Positions 56,540 to 64,000 of a stretch of 64,000 nucleotides of DNA are shown here, piece by piece. The first letter of the stretch is position 1. Each line of letters begins with the position of its first letter. Source of the stretch: a virus. Taxonomy: Duplodnaviria; Caudoviricetes. The DNA lies in IMG/VR virus record IMGVR_UViG_3300002026_000006, positions 1-64,000 of that record; one strand, written 5' to 3'. The notes beneath the pieces were generated by a model. It was given only the letters and a program-made list of their open reading frames with translations, had not been told where the DNA came from and did no database searches. A program made the position numbers and the translations under genes.

Positions 56540-59500
56540 TGCAATTGCAAAAACCAAAAGTATCAGAACTAATTCAATATAGATTACCTGATTGGATATC
56601 TTCTAAACCTCAATTTGTAAATTTTATTAAATACTACTATGAGTGGTTAGAAACTAAAGGGAATCCTCTTGAATTTCTTAGAAATTTGGTTGAGTATAGC
56701 GATATTGACGAGGCACCATCAGAATTTGATGACCTTATTATAAATAAAATCATTTCTTTTGTGCCAGCAGATTCTGCCATCGATAGGACTCTGTTGGTTA
56801 AAAACGTCAAGGCATTTCTTAGAGCAAAGGGTTCAGAAGAGTCTTTAAACTTCATTATGAAAGCTGTTTATAATGAAGAGGCTTATCGTGTAAACATGAC
56901 AGATCATGTTATCCGTGCTTCTGATAATGAGAGTGATCAATTTGCCTATATTGCTATTGAAATTTTTGATTCAATAAACCACGATTTTTATGATTGTGTT
57001 GGTTCATATTTGGTACAGTTAGAACCAGCAGCATCCGTTAGAATTGAAGATTCTCAGTATAGAGTTACTGATGATGGTAGAATGTTCAACGTCATCAAAT
57101 TTGACCCTCGTTACATAAATGGCGAGTTTAATATTGGTAGAGAAGTTAGAGCTATAAAAAAGATAGCCGATCCTACTTTCTTTGAAATAACAGAATACTC
57201 GACTGCCATCGGGTTTGATATTGAAACGAAATCCATTAGATTCCTTTCTGACAAAAATCTTAGATTATATGTAGGACAATTAATATTTTCTTTGGATGGT
57301 GGGTTTCGTGGAGTAATTTCTTCGTTGGGTCAATATTTTATTAACTCAAATAATAAACATGACTATACTATTGGATTATCAGAATATTCAATGCCTATAG
57401 TATATTCTAATGATGTTATTGGATATTTTGACGATTATACTTTAACCGTAACGTCTGCATTAATAAGTAATTTAGCAGTAGGTCAAATACTATCTGGTGA
57501 TAATATTATTTTTGGAACATATATTTCAGAAATATTAACTGGTTCTGGTGGAGTTGGTACATATAAAGTAAGTAAATCACAAACTCTACCATCATCTTCT
57601 TTTATTGCGATAAAAACCATTACTTTGGGCGAAGAGGTATATCTATGCACATTAGCAGCAGAAGATAGCCATATAACAAAAAACAATTTTTCATATGGTA
57701 AAGTTTCCAATAGCATCGGCGACTTTGAACATACCAATCCAGCTTCTGGATATTATGAAAACATGCATGTAGAGGTCAGGGGCGGTAATGGTAAAGGATG
57801 TGATGCCTATATCGGAGAAACCACGACTGGTGGTGTTGACTCAATAATTATTATTGATGGTGGTAGTAATTATAGGGTAGGTGATCCAATTGAAATCACT
57901 GAGAAACTTTCTGGTGGATATGGATTCGATGCGTATGTAAATAATACTGACGGTTTTGGTGGTAAGCTAGATGCTATCATGCAGATTGATTCCATTATTA
58001 TCAATAATGGTGGATATGCATATTCTGTCGGAGATACTTTTCAGCTACCGATATTGAATAATTTGTTAGGTTCGCCAATAACTTTAACGGTATCATCTGT
58101 CGCAACTGCTGGCACTCCGACATTAAAAGGATTTAAGATTTTAAATTCTGGCAAGGGATATAGGACTGCTAAGGCAACTTTGGTTTCTTATAATAATATC
58201 ACAGTTGTCGATGGAGTTATTACGGCATCCATTACAACGATAGTTCCAATAACTGGATTATCTTTGGAATATTATACAGTTAATAACAATAGGACTGAAC
58301 AATATTCAATTAATGCTTCTCCAGTTAACTTTGCTGATGCTATTATCGATGTAAAGCCAACAATTTTCCCTGCACCACATGCTAATCTAGGAACATCAGC
58401 AAATGGGTCTACAAATGCCTATTTGGTTTTCAATGGCTTTGGGGCATCATTCACTTCAACCGTAGGCAGTGGAATAATCACAGAGATTGCTGTAGCCAAA
58501 GGCGGATATGCATACGTTGATCCAGTTATTCAAATTTCAGATACTTCTGGTAAAGGTGCAACTGCTAAAGCAATTAAGGATGCCAATGGTGTAATCACAT
58601 CGATTGTGGTTCTATCTGGTGGATCAAATTATTCTGGTTCTCCGCAAATAAGAGTTTATGACCGTTCAGGTGAAGGGTTTATTGCACAAGCTATATGTAA
58701 TACTACTTTACTTGGTACGATTTCAGGATTTACTGCTTTAGTAGGCAACGCAAAGGGAGAGTTTAATTCTCTGCCAGAATCTTCCGAACATATTCCATAT
58801 TCTCCCGCATCCACAGTATCTGGTAATGGTTTAGTATTATCTCTAACCTATAGTGTAAAAAGATTATTGGTAACAGAACAAGGATATGGATATTCAAATC
58901 CACAGACTTATTATGCTTGTAGCTCTTCAAATGGGTCGAATATAATAACTACCACTTTGGATTTCGATAATGTCCAAGTTGGTATGTATGTATCTGAAGC
59001 ATCTGGTACAATTATTCCAGCAAGAGCTAGAATCGTTAGTATTGGGTATACTACTGGAGTACCTAAAACTATTACTCTGGATAAAACATTATCCAACACA
59101 GTATCTGAGATTATCGTTGATAAAAATATTATTATCAGCAAAGAAGGCATTGGTAATAATGTTGAGTTATTTCCAGTTATTGAGGATGGTAGATTAGAGA
59201 ATGTAGTAATAACGAATTCTGGTAATGATTATTCATCAAATTCAGTCATTACTTTTTCTGGCGGCACAATACAAGCAGCAGCAAATCTTATTGTAAGAAA
59301 TGGAAAAATTGTCGAAGTTGATATGACCGCTTACGGCACTGGATACACTGAAAATAATTTTGCTTTTGAAGTCAATTCAACTGCTGGCGCATATTATCAA
59401 AAAGAATTGGATGCGCTTGTTCATATTTCAGGAACTGGCGCTATCATTTCTGTGGACGTAATTTCTGGCGGTAGAGGATATGTCGCGGCATCTACGAAGC

Positions 59501-62500
59501 TTTATATTGAAGGCAGCAGCAACACAGATGCCACATTGACCGTTGACATTGAAACTGGCGTTGATGTGCTAACGGTTGAAAGTTTAGGCAAAGAGGGAGC
59601 ATTTACAGTTTCCTACACAGACAGGTGGTTGAGTCTGATTGATTCGTCTGGAATCATGCAGACAGTTCAGCTTAAAACTCAAAATATTTTAGATACTGGC
59701 GCTGGTTCAGGTGGTGTAGTTTCATTTTATATTAACCCAAATGGTAAATTGGCAACAAACAAATATGGTGTTGCTTGGATGTGGGTATCATCAGCAGGCA
59801 CAAATTATACTGCTCCTTATTTAAATTGGAGTGGTAATTATCCTGTTATTAAGCTAGGTAGCACTAAGAGAATCAAAAAAGTCAATGTTATTTCTGGTGG
59901 TTCTGGTTATGACCCATATACTGAAATATTTGTGGTTGGTGTTGGGGCTGGATGTCAATTAGCCCCTATGATCGACGGTTCCTCTGGAGTATCTTCTGTT
60001 GATGTTCTTGCTACTGCATTAACAAACAAGGGATATACGAAATATCCAACATTGTTAGTGGATGATATTTCAAATTTTGGAAAAATATCAGAGATAAAGA
60101 TTAAAAATCCTGGAACTGGATTTAAAAAGTTTCCTGGATTAAGATGCGAGCTTTATAGAACTACCATTGTTCTAGATTCATCAAGCGGGTCATCTGTTAC
60201 TACAATCAAATATACTGGACCAACCAACGACAGACCTAATCCTGCTATGGGAGCAAAGCTATTAGCAGTGTCTAGCACAATTGGAGGTATTAAGAAACTA
60301 GATCAGGAAAATTTTGGTTATGGGTATGATGAAATTCCAGAAGTTTTGTATCCTGTATCTATGATTGTTAAAAATGCAGAAAATTTCAGATTAAATGAGA
60401 AGGTTTCTCATACCGGATTTACCTCGTCACAAATCGGGACTCATTTAGTTAGTATCAAAGGAAATGACAATTCAGATGTTGAAATAACATTTGATGATTC
60501 TCCTTATGGGTATGGTATAAACATAGGCCAAACATTGACATTATCATCATCTACAGATAGATTCGATTATGATGTTACTGGTAAGATATTTACCGTTCAT
60601 TCTATTAATAGTTTTGCTAAAACAGTTTCTGCGTATACTACAGCGCTAATTCCAGATAATACATATACTTTATTGTTGCCTGATAAATTAGATTCTGATT
60701 TAATATTAGAAAATAAAGCAGCTAAAATTATTGGTATAGATACTACTAGAAACATGTTATGGATATCAAATCTAGATAATATCTATGATTATTCAGAGGA
60801 AGTATCTTATCTAGCTGAAGGCACTGATGATGATGGAAAAGTAATTGTTTCTGAAAATTTTAATAGTATTTCGGATAATAAAAAGTTAATCGGACATGAA
60901 TCACAAGCATCATCAGAAATTCTGTGGATGAATCGAGCCGCGAGTACGCCAAAACAAACTAGCATAGGAAAATCTAAAAAGTTTTTCAAATCAGGCAGAG
61001 GTTTATTAAATTCGTCAAGTATGTTTATGACGAATAGCTTAGACGTACAGGATTTTTGTTACGAAGTGCATTCTGGGTATGGTAAAGAAACATATTCTAA
61101 TATGCTAAAGAATACGGTGCATCCTGCTGGCTATTATCTATCTGGTGTAATTGACGACGTTACTGATACAACTTTGTTTTTGGAAAACAGACTCAATCCA
61201 GATTTGCCATTGCTTGATTTCGATAAAAAAGGCGACTTCGTTTATCTTGCTATTATTGGAACTCTGGCTTCACTATTCTTACTTAAAAATTACAGAGTCG
61301 ATACAAAAGAACGATATAAGAATAGGTTATCAGAATCAATGCAAATGTTGGATTACTCGTTTAATATGATTAATGGCAACATACCTTCGTTTGAAATGTG
61401 GAATTATCCTAATTATAATGTTTGGTATAACAAAGCAGAAACTGACGAACAGGATTATCACATTTGGGGTTCAAATTCAAAAGTAGCAGAAATAAAAACT
61501 ACTCAGAATATAACTAATACTTGCGTATACACTCAAACTGGATATGAAATAACATTTGATGCACCTACGCACGGTCTTTTAGTTGGAGATACTTTCAAAG
61601 TCTTTGCCCCAAACAAATATAAAGATCGTGGTACATTTTTCTTACGATTGACTGTATCATATTTTATTGATGATATGGTATTATACTCTGGTGTTTTATA
61701 TCGATGCACTGCAAATTATACCACAAATGGTAACGAATTTATAGAAGCCACGGCACCATCTGCATCTGCAAATTGGACAGTGTGCGAGGGTAATATTTCA
61801 GATTATATATTTATTGTGTCTACGGTAACAAACGCAAACTCGTTTAAAGCACTGTCAAGATTTAGTTCTAGCGCGACAGAAGCCACGCAAAGGCCATATC
61901 AAAAAGTAACTTCTGCCGTGACTGTGAGCGATTTTACCCGAACAAATAATTTAGTAACCGTCACGAGCACGGATCATGGGCTGACGAGTGGAATTAACTC
62001 GTGGGTGTATGCATATTTTAAAACGGCTGGAAATGAGTTTACTGCTTCGTATTCGGTAACGGGAACAACAACATCGGTTAATATCACATATAATAATCAT
62101 GGATATTCCAACGGCGACAAGGTTTATGTTAATTTTGTGGCATTGAATTCTACTCCAGCAACAATTCCAGTGTCTGGAGAATATGCGGTTTCTGGTGTTG
62201 GAACACATACTTTCACAATAACAAATCCAACCTCTTTATCTACCCAATCTGGTGCAGTTTTTATTAACTCTAGATCAGATACAAACGGTAGATATTTTAA
62301 TGTAACATCAGTACCGAATGCCAATACTTTTGTCATCGATGTTAATGCAAATGGTCATGCTCTCATTGCTGGAGAAAAAATTAACTGGATTAGGCCAGAA
62401 AAAATACTACCAAAATTTGATCGTCAAATTACACTTCGTGATGTTGCATTTGAAGTATCTGGTCTAAATATAGAAATATCTGGATTGGATAATCACAATC

Positions 62501-62709
62501 TTTCTGTTGGGACATTTTTGATGTTGTCTTTTAATAATACAAAAGTATTTTCAAAAATAACTGCCAAGACAATAAATAGTATCACCGTAGCAAAAGGTGC
62601 ATTGACAACAAATGATATCTTAGATATTACATTCAATTTCGATCAAATTGACGTACCTGAAGTCGCTTATAGATCATTAACCTCTTATACATATCCAACT
62701 TTCCTTTAG
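56539..62709 (+). CDS. 7: very large baseplate wedge protein, gp7-like
   Basis: F..YYEWLE, FLRAKGS, many I...G.GY beta repeats, QDFCYEV, HPAG; between 6 and 8. Confidence 0.8.
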   Translation: MQLQKPKVSELIQYRLPDWISSKPQFVNFIKYYYEWLETKGNPLEFLRNLVEYSDIDEAPSEFDDLIINKIISFVPADSAIDRTLLVKNVKAFLRAKGSEESLNFIMKAVYNEEAYRVNMTDHVIRASDNESDQFAYIAIEIFDSINHDFYDCVGSYLVQLEPAASVRIEDSQYRVTDDGRMFNVIKFDPRYINGEFNIGREVRAIKKIADPTFFEITEYSTAIGFDIETKSIRFLSDKNLRLYVGQLIFSLDGGFRGVISSLGQYFINSNNKHDYTIGLSEYSMPIVYSNDVIGYFDDYTLTVTSALISNLAVGQILSGDNIIFGTYISEILTGSGGVGTYKVSKSQTLPSSSFIAIKTITLGEEVYLCTLAAEDSHITKNNFSYGKVSNSIGDFEHTNPASGYYENMHVEVRGGNGKGCDAYIGETTTGGVDSIIIIDGGSNYRVGDPIEITEKLSGGYGFDAYVNNTDGFGGKLDAIMQIDSIIINNGGYAYSVGDTFQLPILNNLLGSPITLTVSSVATAGTPTLKGFKILNSGKGYRTAKATLVSYNNITVVDGVITASITTIVPITGLSLEYYTVNNNRTEQYSINASPVNFADAIIDVKPTIFPAPHANLGTSANGSTNAYLVFNGFGASFTSTVGSGIITEIAVAKGGYAYVDPVIQISDTSGKGATAKAIKDANGVITSIVVLSGGSNYSGSPQIRVYDRSGEGFIAQAICNTTLLGTISGFTALVGNAKGEFNSLPESSEHIPYSPASTVSGNGLVLSLTYSVKRLLVTEQGYGYSNPQTYYACSSSNGSNIITTTLDFDNVQVGMYVSEASGTIIPARARIVSIGYTTGVPKTITLDKTLSNTVSEIIVDKNIIISKEGIGNNVELFPVIEDGRLENVVITNSGNDYSSNSVITFSGGTIQAAANLIVRNGKIVEVDMTAYGTGYTENNFAFEVNSTAGAYYQKELDALVHISGTGAIISVDVISGGRGYVAASTKLYIEGSSNTDATLTVDIETGVDVLTVESLGKEGAFTVSYTDRWLSLIDSSGIMQTVQLKTQNILDTGAGSGGVVSFYINPNGKLATNKYGVAWMWVSSAGTNYTAPYLNWSGNYPVIKLGSTKRIKKVNVISGGSGYDPYTEIFVVGVGAGCQLAPMIDGSSGVSSVDVLATALTNKGYTKYPTLLVDDISNFGKISEIKIKNPGTGFKKFPGLRCELYRTTIVLDSSSGSSVTTIKYTGPTNDRPNPAMGAKLLAVSSTIGGIKKLDQENFGYGYDEIPEVLYPVSMIVKNAENFRLNEKVSHTGFTSSQIGTHLVSIKGNDNSDVEITFDDSPYGYGINIGQTLTLSSSTDRFDYDVTGKIFTVHSINSFAKTVSAYTTALIPDNTYTLLLPDKLDSDLILENKAAKIIGIDTTRNMLWISNLDNIYDYSEEVSYLAEGTDDDGKVIVSENFNSISDNKKLIGHESQASSEILWMNRAASTPKQTSIGKSKKFFKSGRGLLNSSSMFMTNSLDVQDFCYEVHSGYGKETYSNMLKNTVHPAGYYLSGVIDDVTDTTLFLENRLNPDLPLLDFDKKGDFVYLAIIGTLASLFLLKNYRVDTKERYKNRLSESMQMLDYSFNMINGNIPSFEMWNYPNYNVWYNKAETDEQDYHIWGSNSKVAEIKTTQNITNTCVYTQTGYEITFDAPTHGLLVGDTFKVFAPNKYKDRGTFFLRLTVSYFIDDMVLYSGVLYRCTANYTTNGNEFIEATAPSASANWTVCEGNISDYIFIVSTVTNANSFKALSRFSSSATEATQRPYQKVTSAVTVSDFTRTNNLVTVTSTDHGLTSGINSWVYAYFKTAGNEFTASYSVTGTTTSVNITYNNHGYSNGDKVYVNFVALNSTPATIPVSGEYAVSGVGTHTFTITNPTSLSTQSGAVFINSRSDTNGRYFNVTSVPNANTFVIDVNANGHALIAGEKINWIRPEKILPKFDRQITLRDVAFEVSGLNIEISGLDNHNLSVGTFLMLSFNNTKVFSKITAKTINSITVAKGALTTNDILDITFNFDQIDVPEVAYRSLTSYTYPTFL

Positions 62710-62720
62710 GAATATAAAAC

Positions 62721-64000
62721 ATGACTGCCATAGTTAGAAATAATTTTAGAATTTATAATGCAAGAAAATTCATTAGCTCACTAGATGCAGTTAATGGAAC
62801 ATATCAAAATACTTTGTACTTGGGTATAGGTAGACCACAACAATGGGCCACTAAGAGTAGTGTTGATGACGATCCAGATTCTCCTGCTAATAACTTCGCA
62901 AGCGAATTGACTGATTGGGCCGATATGATGTTTATGAAGAGAATTCCATCTTTGGATATTTCTCATGCAATGCCAAAAAGAATATGGGCACCGAATACTT
63001 ACTATGATATTTATCGCTCAGATTATAATGGATACTCCACTGACCCGACTAGAAATTCATTTTATAGTATTAAATCTAACACAGGCAATCCAAGAGATAT
63101 ACCGACCGATCTGAGTAAATTTTCTTATTATTGCATTTCGCCACAAAATATCATTTATATTTGCTTAGTTGTCCCTAAAGACCCTATGGGTAATGATATA
63201 CCTAGTCTCGTCAATCCAGATTCTGCCTCAAGTTCAATTCCAGGAACATCATATAACACAGAAATTGGTACAAATATTCTTTGCACTAGCGACGGTTATG
63301 TTTGGTTAAAATTAGCAAATTCTACAGATTTGTTAGCCAAATTTGAAACGATTGATTATGTCCCTGTGCAGACTGTTGCAGACGGCGTAACTCCAGCTGG
63401 CACCGCATCTCAAGATCAGTTGTCGTGGCAAGACCAAGGTAAATTTTTTAAAGGTGGTATTTATAGTGTAAAGATTACTGCTATCGGTAGTGGATATCTT
63501 TCTGGTGCGTCTGGTTCTTTTAAGGTGACTAATGCCGTAGAAGATGAACGTGTAAGAATTTTAGGCGATGGCTCTGGTGTTGAATATGTGGTTCAATTTA
63601 TTGGTGGAAAGCTAGAGAAAATAATAGTAACAAACCCCGGATCAGGTTACACATGGGCTAGAGTGGTCATTGATGGTACGACTGGAGCCACTGCATCAGC
63701 AATTGCTAATTTGACTCCTTTGTATGGTATTGCTGTTGACCCAGTAAAAACTCTTAATGCTTATTATCTCATTGTCCAAAGTATAATTTATGATGATGAA
63801 AATAGCCATGATTCATCGATTCATCATGGGTTAGATTTTACCATTGATAATGACTATCGAAAAGTTGTTCTTGTTTCAAATCCAAAAGACAACTCAGGAA
63901 AACTTGCTGATGCCGTGAAATTGGATATGACTCACGGTTATGTTGATACATCATCATCAGTTAAACCAAATATTTCACCCGATGCAATTATAACTTCTGG
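62721..64000 (+). CDS. 8: baseplate wedge gp8 (runs off window end)
   Basis: hand translation MTAIVRNNFRIYNARKFI...YLGIGRPQQW...MFMKRI...W...YDIYR; AGGA RBS. Confidence 0.85.
   Translation, partial: MTAIVRNNFRIYNARKFISSLDAVNGTYQNTLYLGIGRPQQWATKSSVDDDPDSPANNFASELTDWADMMFMKRIPSLDISHAMPKRIWAPNTYYDIYRSDYNGYSTDPTRNSFYSIKSNTGNPRDIPTDLSKFSYYCISPQNIIYICLVVPKDPMGNDIPSLVNPDSASSSIPGTSYNTEIGTNILCTSDGYVWLKLANSTDLLAKFETIDYVPVQTVADGVTPAGTASQDQLSWQDQGKFFKGGIYSVKITAIGSGYLSGASGSFKVTNAVEDERVRILGDGSGVEYVVQFIGGKLEKIIVTNPGSGYTWARVVIDGTTGATASAIANLTPLYGIAVDPVKTLNAYYLIVQSIIYDDENSHDSSIHHGLDFTIDNDYRKVVLVSNPKDNSGKLADAVKLDMTHGYVDTSSSVKPNISPDAIITS

Noticed and set aside
56539-62709. Glycine-rich repeats in gp7 as a diversity-generating or adhesin system
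   Set aside because: Degenerate I...G.GY beta repeats are typical of enlarged baseplate proteins in T4-like phages; no nucleotide-level template/variable repeat pair seen.
389-62966. Many antisense or overlapping ORFs in the ORF track (e.g. 4124-4504, 19827-20204, 43185-43637, 48989-49372)
   Set aside because: Shadow frames of well-supported genes, with no RBS or recognisable motifs.
1-64000. CRISPR array, retron/DGR reverse transcriptase, integrase or IS transposase
   Set aside because: No regularly spaced repeat-spacer array and no RT, integrase or DDE motifs seen. The repeated cassettes are dispersed, not tandem.
1-64000. Alternative genetic code (stop-codon reassignment)
   Set aside because: Core genes are full length under the standard code, and TAG/TGA end genes at expected positions (e.g. 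62709, 12506).

Overview
AT-rich segment of a large lytic T4-like myovirus genome (standard genetic code; host not identifiable from the sequence). About 1-38 kb is an early/accessory region of many short ORFs driven by repeated sigma70-type promoters. It also holds two tRNAs, an AAA ATPase plus vWA/peptidase pair, thyX, a radical SAM enzyme, DNA ligase, three RNA ligases, two phosphoesterases, a frameshifted P-loop kinase and candidate capsid-internal proteins. About 39-42 kb has a structured non-coding region (candidate origin or ncRNA) followed by genes 33-59-32. About 42-64 kb is the baseplate cluster (29, 51/26, 54, 2, 4, 48, 53, 27-like, 5, 25, 6, 7, partial 8). Eight free-standing endonuclease genes are all inverted relative to their neighbours. 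The most striking signal is that five of them, from at least two unrelated nuclease families, share a ~90-125 bp 5' cassette. It has convergent late promoters (TAAATA), one embedded antisense in the first codons of the nuclease gene, around a two-hairpin structure with extensive compensatory base changes. Its G-U pairs favour the strand antisense to the nuclease mRNA. Three copies also carry an outward TTGACG-17-TACAAT promoter. This looks like a mobile nuclease plus structured small RNA module. Other highlights are a likely -1 frameshift fusing gp26 to a gp51-like ORF and a CCT-AGG-C +1 break in the kinase Walker A motif. All product calls come from motif recognition by eye, not database searches.
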